NCBI GenBank assembly: GCA_014360155.1 | Contig: JACIYB010000001.1 | Coordinates: forward strand, 1-61,272 | Origin: Syntrophomonadaceae bacterium | GTDB lineage: Bacteria; Bacillota; Syntrophomonadia; Syntrophomonadales; Syntrophomonadaceae | Length of the DNA stretch: 61,272 nucleotides | Direction: 5' to 3' | Shown here: positions 1-8,591 of the stretch, in pieces | Numbering within the stretch: position 1 is the first letter of the stretch | How the letters are laid out: every line of letters begins with the position of its first letter | Position numbers and translations under genes: made by a program | Notes under the pieces: generated by a model | The model's input: only the letters and a program-made list of their open reading frames with translations | Databases searched by the model: none | Told to the model about the DNA's origin: nothing

Positions 1-407
1 CTAGTCCAGCTGAAGTGGCGGATGAGATGGACATTCCCGTCGACAGGGTGATTGAAATAATGAAGGTAGCCCAGGAGCCAGTTTCGCTGGAAACTCCTAT
101 TGGTGAGGAAGATGACAGCCATTTAGGTGATTTTATAACCGATGAAGATGCAGAATCTCCTGAGGAGTCCGCTTCTTTCGTCTTATTGCGTGAACATTTA
201 AACGGTATATTGGGCACGCTTACAGAGAGGGAAGAAAAAGTTTTGCGGTTGAGGTTTGGATTGGATGACGGCAGGCCCAGGACATTGGAAGAAGTCGGGC
301 AGGAGTTCGGCGTTACCCGGGAAAGAATAAGGCAGATAGAAGCCAAGGCTTTAAGAAAACTGAGGCATCCTTCCCGCAGTAAGAAACTTAAAGACTATAT
401 TGAGTAG
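1..407 (+). CDS. sigA: RNA polymerase primary sigma factor, C-terminal part (5' end outside the window)
   Basis: The frame is open to the window edge. Sigma-70 regions 3-4 are present: [33 protein letters not shown]. Confidence 0.9.
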   Translation, partial: SPAEVADEMDIPVDRVIEIMKVAQEPVSLETPIGEEDDSHLGDFITDEDAESPEESASFVLLREHLNGILGTLTEREEKVLRLRFGLDDGRPRTLEEVGQEFGVTRERIRQIEAKALRKLRHPSRSKKLKDYIE

Positions 408-470
408 TTAATTGACTTCTTATATTGACAGGCAACTGTTATCAATATATAATAATTTTCGTTGGGGCGC

Positions 471-545
471 TCCTCGATAGCTCAACGGTAGAGCATCCGG
501 CTGTTAACCGGAGGGTTGTAGGTTCGAATCCTACTCGGGGAGCCA
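471..545 (+). tRNA. tRNA-Asn (anticodon GTT)
   Basis: Hand-folded cloverleaf: acceptor tcctcga/tcgggga, anticodon loop ctGTTaa, T-loop ttcgaat, encoded 3' CCA. Confidence 0.9.
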
Positions 546-558
546 ATTGTTAAATAGG

Positions 559-587
559 GCGGTAACCCTTGTAAGTTACCGCTTTTT
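559..587 (+). terminator. Rho-independent terminator after tRNA-Asn
   Basis: Stem gcggtaac (559-566) pairs with gttaccgc (575-582), followed by TTTTT. Confidence 0.6.
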
Positions 588-649
588 GCTTGGATATTCT
601 TGTGAAAGTATTATGAGGGGAAATTTCTTTTATGAATTCGGTTTAACTA

Positions 650-678
650 TTGACCTTTTTGCAGATATTTTATATACT
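650..678 (+). promoter_or_regulatory. Putative sigma-A promoter of the tRNA Met-Glu-Val cluster
   Basis: TTGACC (650-655), a 17-nt spacer, then TATACT (673-678), about 28 nt upstream of the tRNA start. Confidence 0.5.
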
Positions 679-705
679 ATGTTTTGCGGAGTTCGGAGTA
701 ATCTT

Positions 706-781
706 GGGCCTATAGCTCAGCTGGTAGAGCTACCGGCTCATAACCGGTTGGTCCCAGGTTCGAGTCCTGGTAGGCCCACCA
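706..781 (+). tRNA. tRNA with CAT anticodon (elongator Met or lysidine-modified Ile2; not an initiator)
   Basis: Acceptor gggccta/taggccc, anticodon loop ctCATaa, and no GGG/CCC anticodon stem, so not an initiator. Encoded CCA. Confidence 0.85.
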
Positions 782-891
782 TTCTAAGAAGTTAGAAATC
801 GGACGTCAGAATATGGATATTCAGGCATAGAAATTAGTGAATTTGATTTATCAATTCTGACATCCTATATCAGGCATCCGATTTTAGTTAT

Positions 892-966
892 GGCCCCTTG
901 GTCAAGCGGTTAAGACACCGGCCTTTCACGCCGGTAACAGGGGTTCGAGTCCCCTAGGGGTCACCA
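892..966 (+). tRNA. tRNA-Glu (anticodon TTC)
   Basis: Acceptor ggcccct/aggggtc, anticodon stem ccggc/gccgg with loop ctTTCac, T-loop ttcgagt, CCA. Confidence 0.9.
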
Positions 967-967
967 T

Positions 968-1043
968 GGGCGATTAGCTCAGTTGGGAGAGCACCTGCCT
1001 TACAAGCAGGGGGTCGTAGGTTCAAGTCCTGCATCGCCCACCA
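968..1043 (+). tRNA. tRNA-Val (anticodon TAC)
   Basis: Acceptor gggcgat/atcgccc, anticodon stem cctgc/gcagg with loop ctTACaa, CCA. It starts 1 nt after tRNA-Glu. Confidence 0.9.
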
Positions 1044-1117
1044 TTTGTTAAAAATGGCTGTTTTTACTTGATAATAGAAATGGTGTTATTCTATAAATCA
1101 AGTAAATATGTTTGCTT

Positions 1118-1146
1118 AAGACAGGTGTTATACCTGTCTTTTTTGT
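1118..1146 (+). terminator. Rho-independent terminator of the tRNA cluster
   Basis: Stem aagacaggt (1118-1126) pairs with acctgtctt (1132-1140), followed by a T-run. Confidence 0.7.
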
Positions 1147-1193
1147 TGGGCATTTCTTTTTGAAATTGAAAGCGACTAAATCAAGGTAGTTTA

Positions 1194-1222
1194 TTGACAT
1201 CTTTGAACAAGAAAAGTAAACT
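1194..1222 (+). promoter_or_regulatory. Putative sigma-A promoter of the ylxM-ffh operon
   Basis: TTGACA (1194-1199), a 17-nt spacer, then TAAACT (1217-1222). Confidence 0.5.
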
Positions 1223-1268
1223 TTGAATGTAAAGCATTTTACCTTTACATGAGGAGAAATTTTTTATA

Positions 1269-1613
1269 ATGTTAGAAAAGGTCGGGCATGTGATTTTACT
1301 GAAAGATTTTTATGGAGCACTGCTGACAGAAAAGCAACAGGATGTAATAAACCTGTATTATGAAAATGATCTGTCTCTATCCGAAATAGCCGATAACCTG
1401 AACATTACTAGACAGGCTGTCCATGATCTGCTTAAAAGAGCGGAAAGTGCGTTGGAAGACTATGAGTGCCGTCTTGGGTTAGTAAAAAAATTTCTGAACA
1501 CACGGCAACAATTAGAGGAAGTTTATAGGATATTAAACGATGAAGCGCAAATAAAGGAAGAGACTCTTGCTGAAGCAGTAAGAATGTTGCGGAGCATTAC
1601 TGAGTCCATATAA
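1269..1613 (+). CDS. ylxM: YlxM/UPF0122 putative DNA-binding protein (sigma-70 region 4-like HTH)
   Basis: Motif LTEKQQDVINLYYENDLSLSEIADNLNITRQAVHDLLKRA, in the conserved position directly upstream of ffh. Confidence 0.85.
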   Translation: MLEKVGHVILLKDFYGALLTEKQQDVINLYYENDLSLSEIADNLNITRQAVHDLLKRAESALEDYECRLGLVKKFLNTRQQLEEVYRILNDEAQIKEETLAEAVRMLRSITESI

Positions 1614-1630
1614 AAAAGGGGGATATATGG

Positions 1631-2968
1631 ATGTTTGAAGGTTTGTCGGATAAACTTCAGGATATATTAAAAAAACTTAAGGGCAAAGGCAAAGTGACTG
1701 AGGAAGATGTAAATACGGCTATGAGGGAAGTCAGGTTGGCTTTATTGGAAGCTGATGTGAATTTTAAGGTGGTCAAGGAATTTATATCCCGTGTTCGAAG
1801 CAGGGCAGTTGGGCAGGAAGTGCTACAGAGTCTAACCCCTGGTCAGCAGGTTATAAAAATAGTTCATGATGAGATGACGGAACTTATGGGAGGTTCTGAA
1901 AGTAAACTCAATATATCCGGTAACCCTGCAGTTATTGTAGCTGTTGGGCTGCAAGGGGCAGGGAAAACTACTTTAGTGGCCAAATTAGCTAGAAAACTGG
2001 CCAAGCAGGGGAAAAGTCCGCTCATGGTTGCCTGTGACGTTTATCGCCCTGCTGCGATTAAGCAGCTGCAAGTATTAGGTGAACAGACAGATATCCCTGT
2101 GTTTTCCATGGGACAGGAAAACCCTGTAGATATCGCCAAAGCTTCATTAGAACATGCTAGAAACCGTAATCGGGATGTTGTTATCCTGGATACTGCAGGA
2201 CGCTTGCATATAAATGAGGAGCTAATGGAGGAATTGAAACAGATAAAGGCAGCAGTAGATCCTAGTGAAGTTTTGCTTGTTGTTGATGCCATGACCGGTC
2301 AAGATGCGGTTAATGTAGCTGAAGCTTTTAATAAAGAACTAGGAGTGACAGGGATTGTTCTTACCAAGTTAGACGGCGACACGCGTGGGGGAGCTGCCCT
2401 TTCAGTAAAAGCGGTTACTGGCTGTCCCATTAAATTTGTAGGTGTGGGAGAAAAAATAGATGCTCTGGAAATCTTTTTCCCGGACAGGATGGCATCACGT
2501 ATACTCGGCATGGGAGATATCCTGAGCTTGGTCGAAAAAGCCCAGTCCAGTATAGATAGGCAGAAAGCAAGAGAAATGGAACGAAAGATTAGGCAGCAGG
2601 AATTTACTCTTGAAGATTTCCTGGAACAGATGCAACAGCTCAAGTCACTAGGGCCCCTGGAAGATTTGTTAGGGATGATTCCCGGAATGGGGAAGCACTT
2701 GAAAACCATGAAAGGGGAACTTGATGAGAAAGAACTTCGAAGAGTTGAGGCTGTAATTCAGTCCATGACGGTTGAAGAGAGAAGAAATCCTTCTATATTG
2801 AACGGCAGCCGCAAAAAGAGAATTGCCAGGGGAAGCGGAACCAGAGTGCAGGAAGTGAACCGACTTTTAAAGCAGTTTGAAGAGTCTCGAAAATTGATGA
2901 AACAGTTCGCTGACTTGGGTAATAAAAAGGGAAAACGAGGATTGCCGCTGACGAAATTCCCTTTTTAA
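1631..2968 (+). CDS. ffh: Signal recognition particle protein Ffh
   Basis: GTPase motifs GLQGAGKTT, DTAGR and TKLDGD, with a Met-rich M domain (LLGMIPGMG). Confidence 0.97.
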   Translation: MFEGLSDKLQDILKKLKGKGKVTEEDVNTAMREVRLALLEADVNFKVVKEFISRVRSRAVGQEVLQSLTPGQQVIKIVHDEMTELMGGSESKLNISGNPAVIVAVGLQGAGKTTLVAKLARKLAKQGKSPLMVACDVYRPAAIKQLQVLGEQTDIPVFSMGQENPVDIAKASLEHARNRNRDVVILDTAGRLHINEELMEELKQIKAAVDPSEVLLVVDAMTGQDAVNVAEAFNKELGVTGIVLTKLDGDTRGGAALSVKAVTGCPIKFVGVGEKIDALEIFFPDRMASRILGMGDILSLVEKAQSSIDRQKAREMERKIRQQEFTLEDFLEQMQQLKSLGPLEDLLGMIPGMGKHLKTMKGELDEKELRRVEAVIQSMTVEERRNPSILNGSRKKRIARGSGTRVQEVNRLLKQFEESRKLMKQFADLGNKKGKRGLPLTKFPF

Positions 2969-3032
2969 AATAGTTTTTACTTATAATTAGCGATTTTCAA
3001 ATTAAGCATTTAGCATTTAAGGAGGTGGACAT

Positions 3033-3299
3033 GTGGCAACGAAAATCAGGCTGAAGAGAATGGGAGCTAAGAAGAGACCTTTTTACAGAGTGGTCGTAGC
3101 AGACTCAAAATCCCCCAGAGATGGCAGATTTATTGAGGAAATTGGCTATTATGATCCAACAACTGATCCGGAAACAATAAAAATTGATGAAGAAAGGGCA
3201 CTGGCATGGCTAGCTAAGGGGGCTAAACCTTCTGATACAGCCAAATCCCTGCTGCGAAAACAGGGGGTTATGGCTAAATTTGCAGAAAGTCGCAAATAG
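3033..3299 (+). CDS. rpsP: 30S ribosomal protein S16
   Basis: GTG start after a GGAGGTGG RBS. N-terminus [24 protein letters not shown]. Confidence 0.97.
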   Translation: MATKIRLKRMGAKKRPFYRVVVADSKSPRDGRFIEEIGYYDPTTDPETIKIDEERALAWLAKGAKPSDTAKSLLRKQGVMAKFAESRK

Positions 3300-3319
3300 T
3301 TTAAACCTGCAGGAGGGGA

Positions 3320-3556
3320 ATGAAAGTGAAAGAACTGGTTGAGTATATCGCCAAGGCTTTGGTGGATAACCCCGATGACGTTCATGTAAACCAGATAGAC
3401 GGTGAGAGGTCTACCATACTGGAGTTGAGAGTTGCCCCTGATGATATGGGCAAAGTTATTGGCAAACAGGGAAAAATCGCAAAATCTATCCGTACTCTTA
3501 CCAAGGCAACAGCGGCCAAGGAAGGCAAAAGAGTAGTTGTTGAAATATTGAGATAG
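3320..3556 (+). CDS. khpA: KH-domain RNA-binding protein (KhpA/YlqC family)
   Basis: [17 protein letters not shown] is a GxxG KH motif. The gene sits in the conserved position between rpsP and rimM. Confidence 0.9.
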   Translation: MKVKELVEYIAKALVDNPDDVHVNQIDGERSTILELRVAPDDMGKVIGKQGKIAKSIRTLTKATAAKEGKRVVVEILR

Positions 3557-3646
3557 GGCTAGATCTTATAGCCCTTTCAATTTTATAGTCAGGCGTAAAG
3601 TGTTTGTTTTATGCGTCTCAATCCTGATAAAAATAGAAGGTGATTA

Positions 3647-4177
3647 ATGAAATTGAAGATGGGTAACCTTATAAGTATAGGCAAAATAATAGGTACCCAT
3701 GGATACAGGGGCCTGGTGAAGGTTTTACCTTTAACCGATTTCCCGGAAAGATTCGAAAAAATGACTGCAGTGAAGCTCAAAAAAAATAATAAGCTTACTG
3801 AAACGTTGATTGAATCAGTGAAGCCTTATAAAAGCTTTTATCTGTTTAAGTTCAGGCATGTAGAAACGAAGGAAAACGCTCAGGAATATAAGAATGCTCT
3901 CCTACAAATTGAAGAAAATGAGCTGTATCCACTGCCCGAAAACTGTTTTTACCATTTCCAGCTTCAGGGGCTGCGGGTGTATGATGTTGAAATGGGTTTT
4001 TTGGGAGAATTAAAAGAAATATTGGAGACCGGGGCTAATGATGTGTATTTAGTAGACTCGCAGCAGTTCGGCGAGATTCTTATTCCAGCAATAAAGGACG
4101 TAATTGTTAAAGTGGATTTAGTTAATAAAGAAATGAGGGTAAGGCTTTTGACTGGTTTGATTGAGAGCGAAGAGTGA
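3647..4177 (+). CDS. rimM: 16S rRNA processing protein RimM
   Basis: IGKIIGTHGYRGLVKV N-terminal barrel and a PRC-barrel C-terminus, with matching synteny. Confidence 0.92.
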   Translation: MKLKMGNLISIGKIIGTHGYRGLVKVLPLTDFPERFEKMTAVKLKKNNKLTETLIESVKPYKSFYLFKFRHVETKENAQEYKNALLQIEENELYPLPENCFYHFQLQGLRVYDVEMGFLGELKEILETGANDVYLVDSQQFGEILIPAIKDVIVKVDLVNKEMRVRLLTGLIESEE

Positions 4178-4224
4178 TTTTCTGTTTTACCTCTATTTTC
4201 TTTGTAACTAATGCGGGGGTTATT

Positions 4225-4959
4225 ATGAAAATAGACATATTGACTCTTTTTCCGGAAATGTTCGATTCACCGTTTAATGCAAGTATTGTAAAGAGGGCGC
4301 AGGAAAAAGGACTGGTGGAAATAAACACGGTAAACATCAGGCAATTCGCTCTGAATAAGCATCTTCAAGTGGATGACTATCCCTATGGCGGGGGAGCGGG
4401 AATGGTCTTAAAAGCCGATGTCCTGGGAGAAGCTATAGAAAACAGCAGGACGGAAGGTTCCTGGGTAATTTATATGTCGCCTCAGGGCAAACTTCTCGAC
4501 CAGGCAAAAGTTAGAGAAATTGCCGGTAAAAAGCATCTTATAATACTCTGCGGGCACTATGAAGGTGTGGATGAGAGGGTTATGGACGTGGTCGACGAGG
4601 AGATTTCCATAGGGGATTATATTTTAACCGGGGGAGAGCTTCCTGCTATGGTGCTGGTAGATGCCGTAGTCAGGTTAATTCCCGGAGTTTTAGGAGATCG
4701 GCTTTCTGCCCAGGAAGAATCATTCTCTCATAAGTTACTGGAATACCCGCATTATACACGGCCTGCTGTCTACAAAGGGAAAAAGATACCAGAGGTGCTG
4801 CTTTCTGGACATCATGAAAAAATACGGCTGTGGAGGAAGAAACAAAGCTTGCTCAGTACGCTTTTAAAACGTCCCGAACTGCTGTTGGACAGGGAATATG
4901 ATGAAGAAGAGAGAGCACTGCTGGAAGAAATATTGTTTTCAGGGGGCAGTAAAGAGTGA
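4225..4959 (+). CDS. trmD: tRNA (guanine37-N1)-methyltransferase TrmD
   Basis: MKIDILTLFPEMF start and GHYEGVDERV, ISIGDYILTGGELPA motifs. The track ORF starts at 4174, but the ATG at 4225 matches the family N-terminus. Confidence 0.95.
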   Translation: MKIDILTLFPEMFDSPFNASIVKRAQEKGLVEINTVNIRQFALNKHLQVDDYPYGGGAGMVLKADVLGEAIENSRTEGSWVIYMSPQGKLLDQAKVREIAGKKHLIILCGHYEGVDERVMDVVDEEISIGDYILTGGELPAMVLVDAVVRLIPGVLGDRLSAQEESFSHKLLEYPHYTRPAVYKGKKIPEVLLSGHHEKIRLWRKKQSLLSTLLKRPELLLDREYDEEERALLEEILFSGGSKE

Positions 4960-5543
4960 GAAAGTCCAGGGTATACATCGCCCTCTTGCATTACCCCATG
5001 TATAACAAACGGATGGATGTTATTACTACTTCTGTGACCAATCTGGATCTGCATGATATTTCTAGGGTGGCACGGACATATGATGTAGAAGGTTTTTTTG
5101 TAGTTCATCCTGCTGAACACCAGCACAAGCTGGTTGAAAAGATAGCATCTTACTGGCAGGAGGGTTACGGCGGCGACTACAATCCCGACCGGAAAGAGGC
5201 TTTTAGCATTCTTAAGCTTGCCCGTGACCTGGAGGAAGTAAAGCGATATATCGGTCGAGAAACTGGGCAAAAAGTACTTACAGTAGCGACTGATGCTAAA
5301 CTGTACCCTGACAGTATTTCTTATAAGGATCTAAAAGAGACGATTTTTAATGACAACAAAGTCTTTTTATTATTATTCGGTACCGGTTGGGGTATGGTTG
5401 AAGAATTGATATTAAGCTGTGATTATGTCCTAAAACCTATTGAGGCCGGCAGGGTGTACAATCATTTATCGGTTCGCAGTGCTGTATCCATGATACTGGA
5501 CAGATTATTGGGTGAATTCTGGTATTGCTCAATTTCTACCTGA
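4956..5543 (+). CDS. Predicted SAM-dependent RNA methyltransferase (SPOUT-like, Methyltrn_RNA_4/TM1570-type)
   Basis: GTGA overlap with the trmD stop. N-terminus VYIALLHYPMYNKRMDVITTSVTNLDLHDISRVARTY. The trmD-X-rplS position matches what I recall from Thermotoga. Confidence 0.7.
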   Translation: MRKSRVYIALLHYPMYNKRMDVITTSVTNLDLHDISRVARTYDVEGFFVVHPAEHQHKLVEKIASYWQEGYGGDYNPDRKEAFSILKLARDLEEVKRYIGRETGQKVLTVATDAKLYPDSISYKDLKETIFNDNKVFLLLFGTGWGMVEELILSCDYVLKPIEAGRVYNHLSVRSAVSMILDRLLGEFWYCSIST

Positions 5544-5582
5544 ACCTTTCTAATAGCTTATGAAATTGCTTCTGATTATTTC

Positions 5583-5612
5583 TTGAGCTTGTAGAGGTTC
5601 TTGTGCTATAAT
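5583..5612 (+). promoter_or_regulatory. Putative sigma-A promoter, followed by a ~160-nt rplS leader
   Basis: TTGAGC (5583-5588), an 18-nt spacer, then TATAAT (5607-5612). I could not verify that the long leader is the Firmicute L19 leader motif. Confidence 0.45.
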
Positions 5613-5774
5613 ACTGCTGTTCTGTACGAATTGAAATAATTGAGTTATTAAACCCTTATGATAGTGGGATACAGCCGCTGGTGAAAATAGGTGAGGGGCT
5701 TTTTCATTCCCAAGAAATTGTTTTTGTTTTACAGGGTCTGCCAATAAACTATATTTAGCAAGGAGGAAACAAAG

Positions 5775-6125
5775 GTGCAAGATATAATTAAATCTGTTGA
5801 GGAGGAATATTACAAAAAAGATATACCTGCTTTTGGTCCCGGGGATACAGTCAAAGTGCATGTAAAAGTTGTAGAGGGGACCAGGGAAAGGATACAGATT
5901 TTTGAAGGAATTGTGATAAAGGTCAGAGGCGAAGGGCTTTCCCGAACTTTTACAGTAAGGAGGACCTCATATGGAGTAGCGGTTGAGAGGACTTTCCCGT
6001 TACATTCCCCCCAGATAGCCAAAATTGAGGTTACCAGGAGAGGGAAAGTTCGCAGAAGTCGCCTGTACTACCTGCGAAACCTGACGGGTAAGAAGGCCAG
6101 AGTAAAGGAAAAAGGCAGATCCTAA
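5775..6125 (+). CDS. rplS: 50S ribosomal protein L19
   Basis: GTG start after an AGGAGG RBS. Motif [29 protein letters not shown]. Confidence 0.97.
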   Translation: MQDIIKSVEEEYYKKDIPAFGPGDTVKVHVKVVEGTRERIQIFEGIVIKVRGEGLSRTFTVRRTSYGVAVERTFPLHSPQIAKIEVTRRGKVRRSRLYYLRNLTGKKARVKEKGRS

Positions 6126-6145
6126 TAAAAAATGGAGAGCTAAAA

Positions 6146-6174
6146 AGAATACCTAGGGGTATTCTTTTTTTTTT
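6146..6174 (+). terminator. Rho-independent terminator after rplS
   Basis: Stem agaatacc (6146-6153) pairs with ggtattct (6158-6165), followed by T9. Confidence 0.8.
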
Positions 6175-6231
6175 GAGGCAGAAGATGGGAAAACCTTAAT
6201 GTTTCACGTCTTACTTCTCATTTTGGGGGTT

Positions 6232-7074
6232 ATGGTTTTGAGCATTAACTGGTACCCCGGGCATATGGTGAAAGCCCGGAAGGAAATAAAGGAAAATATT
6301 AAACTGGTAGATGTGGTTGTAATACTGTTAGATGCTAGAGCTCCTTTTTCCTGCAGAAATATGGACCTAGAAAAAATGGTTCAGGGAAAAAAAGTGGTTA
6401 TGGTCCTGAATAAAATGGATCTTGTTCTTCCTGCGGCCAGAAAGGAATATATTGAATTATTAAGGCAGGAGGGCTACCCGGCAGTTTCCGTGGATTCCGT
6501 TAGCGGCAAAGGGACTAAAGGGGCGCTGCAGGCTATCGTTTATGCTTTTAAGGGAAAGGCGGAGGAAATGCAAAAGAAGGGGAGAAGACTTCGTCCTATA
6601 CGGGTAATGGTGGTGGGGGTGCCCAATGTAGGCAAGTCTACTTTTTTGAACTGTTTGGTGGGGAAAAAAATGGCTAAAACCGGTGCAAAACCTGGGGTGA
6701 CGAAGGGGAAACAGTGGTTCAGAGTTCGCGAAGATCTTGAATTTATGGATACCCCCGGCCTCATGTGGCCTAAAATCGAGAAAGAGGAACAAGGATTTAG
6801 GCTGGCTCTTTTAGATATAATAGGTGAAAACGCCTATGATTATTATGATGTTGCCCTGTACCTTATTAGGGTTTTAAAAGAGAAGTCACCGCAGGTTTTG
6901 CGCGATAGATTTCAATTACAGGACCTTGATGAAGAAGAGGTGAAAATACTTGAGGAAATATCCAAAAAAAGAGGCTACTTCCTGAGGAGAGGAGAACCTG
7001 ATTTGGCTAAAACCTGCAAAATGCTTGTGCAGGAATTCCGCAAGGGCAACCTGGGGCGGATAAGCCTGGACTAG
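6232..7074 (+). CDS. rbgA: Ribosome biogenesis GTPase A (YlqF/RbgA)
   Basis: INWYPGHMVKARKE N-terminus and circularly permuted GTPase motifs NKMDL, GVPNVGKST and DTPG. The start is uncertain (track 6199; ATG 6232 preferred). Confidence 0.9.
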   Translation: MVLSINWYPGHMVKARKEIKENIKLVDVVVILLDARAPFSCRNMDLEKMVQGKKVVMVLNKMDLVLPAARKEYIELLRQEGYPAVSVDSVSGKGTKGALQAIVYAFKGKAEEMQKKGRRLRPIRVMVVGVPNVGKSTFLNCLVGKKMAKTGAKPGVTKGKQWFRVREDLEFMDTPGLMWPKIEKEEQGFRLALLDIIGENAYDYYDVALYLIRVLKEKSPQVLRDRFQLQDLDEEEVKILEEISKKRGYFLRRGEPDLAKTCKMLVQEFRKGNLGRISLD

Positions 7075-7231
7075 AGTTTGAATTGGGGAAGGAAAAAGAC
7101 AGGGGTTCGCCCCCTTTCGTCGCTTCGCCTTCGTGGGGTGTTGCTTCCATGCTCCGTCAACAGGCTCCTAGGGTCTTTGCAGTGAAATCACAACTATATT
7201 AAATAGTATAATTCTACTAAAGAAGTGTTTT

Positions 7232-8461
7232 ATGCGTCAGACGGAGACAGTTTCTATCTGCCCTAGAGTATTTCTGATCTTCGGAGGGAGGAACTTGTTA
7301 AAGCGAACAGGTATTGTTTTACTGCTTATAATTTTGGGAATTGCGATTTCGCTTAATATTCATATTTTAATAGAGACGGTGAAACTGATTCCTGCTGCTA
7401 CTTCCGAGAAGGCAGATAAAGGGGTTCAACATTCCCAAGTCATTACCTTAACAGCGGCCGGCGATTGTTTAATGCATAATACCCAGATTTGGTCAGGCCT
7501 TATGGGGGATGGGTCTTACTGCTTTGATACTTTTTTTTCTGAAGTAAAATATCTTGTCGAAGAAGGAGATTATAGCTTGATTAACTTTGAAGCTCCGATG
7601 GCAGGGCCTGATTCTGGCTATACTGGATACCCGCTGTTTAACAGCCCTGATGCCATAGTCCAAGCTTTTAAAGATGCTGGATTTGATCTCGTTGTTACTG
7701 CCAACAACCATGCCTTGGATCGTGGATACCAAGGGGCTATTCGCACCTTGGAAGTGCTGCATGCAGCAGGACTTGATACTGTGGGAACGTATAAAAGCGA
7801 ACAGGACAGCCGTACCTTTCTAATAAAGGATATTAAAGGGGTAAAAATAGGTTTTCTTGCTTACAGTTACGGGACCAACGGGATACCCGTCCCTGATGAG
7901 CATGCTTATCTTTTTAATTTTCTTGATAGAGATAAAATATTGACGGACATTAAAAAACTTAGATCCCAGGTAGATATACTTGTTTTGATACTTCACTGGG
8001 GAGTAGAATACAGTTCCAAACCTACAGCGGAGCAGGAGATTATGGCGCGGGAATTTCTTCAGGCGGGAGCGGACGTAATATTAGGGGGTCATCCCCATGT
8101 GATTCAGACTATGGAAGCCATCAAAATAGGAGAAAAAAATAAATTCGTCATATATTCCATGGGGAACTTCATAAGCCACCAGCGGGGGAGGGAACGCAAC
8201 AGCGGTATTGTTTTAAAGATAAAGTTCAGCAAAGATTTCAGCAAAGGAGATACTTTCCTGGAAGAAGTCTCGTATACCCCTACTTATTCACATTCCTACT
8301 ATGAAAACGGGAAAATGAAGTTCAGGGTTATTCCTGTGGAGCAAACTATAAGGAAAATTAAACAAGGGAAAGAACGTTACCTGGGCAGTGAGCATTTGCC
8401 TTTATTGCAGGCTGTACTCGATCACACCAGCGCTCAATTAGGCCCTTTTTTCAGGAGATGA
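7232..8461 (+). CDS. CapA-family (PGA_cap) metallophosphatase-like membrane-anchored protein
   Basis: N-terminal TM segment, then LTAAGDCLMH, NFEAPMAG, TANNHALDRG and GGHPHV motifs. An alternative TTG start at 7295 follows a GGAGGGAGG RBS. Confidence 0.8.
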   Translation: MRQTETVSICPRVFLIFGGRNLLKRTGIVLLLIILGIAISLNIHILIETVKLIPAATSEKADKGVQHSQVITLTAAGDCLMHNTQIWSGLMGDGSYCFDTFFSEVKYLVEEGDYSLINFEAPMAGPDSGYTGYPLFNSPDAIVQAFKDAGFDLVVTANNHALDRGYQGAIRTLEVLHAAGLDTVGTYKSEQDSRTFLIKDIKGVKIGFLAYSYGTNGIPVPDEHAYLFNFLDRDKILTDIKKLRSQVDILVLILHWGVEYSSKPTAEQEIMAREFLQAGADVILGGHPHVIQTMEAIKIGEKNKFVIYSMGNFISHQRGRERNSGIVLKIKFSKDFSKGDTFLEEVSYTPTYSHSYYENGKMKFRVIPVEQTIRKIKQGKERYLGSEHLPLLQAVLDHTSAQLGPFFRR

Positions 8462-8591
8462 TGCCGGTGGAGTTAGAAGGCGTAAAATGGCGTGGAAGCT
8501 CGTCCCCCTTTTTTCCTTATATAGTATAGTATATATATAATAGTTGGTGACAATTGCTTTGATATAAAAATAAAGGTGGTTGATTGTTGAC

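Noticed and set aside
547-795. 82-aa plus-strand ORF in the track
   Set aside because: It runs through a terminator hairpin, a promoter and the whole CAT-anticodon tRNA. It is a read-through artefact of the tRNA cluster.
2041-2709. Two antisense ORFs (83 and 136 aa) inside ffh
   Set aside because: They lie opposite a strongly supported conserved gene, and they have no RBS and a low-complexity Ser/Cys-rich composition. The same reasoning applies to the other short antisense ORFs listed inside rpsP, trmD, rbgA, the oxidoreductase, rnhB, nfo, the sensors, recD2, comM and the island helicases.
5613-5774. Possible L19 (rplS) autoregulatory leader
   Set aside because: The position and length are right, but I cannot reproduce the consensus from memory well enough to confirm it. 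Only the promoter is listed.
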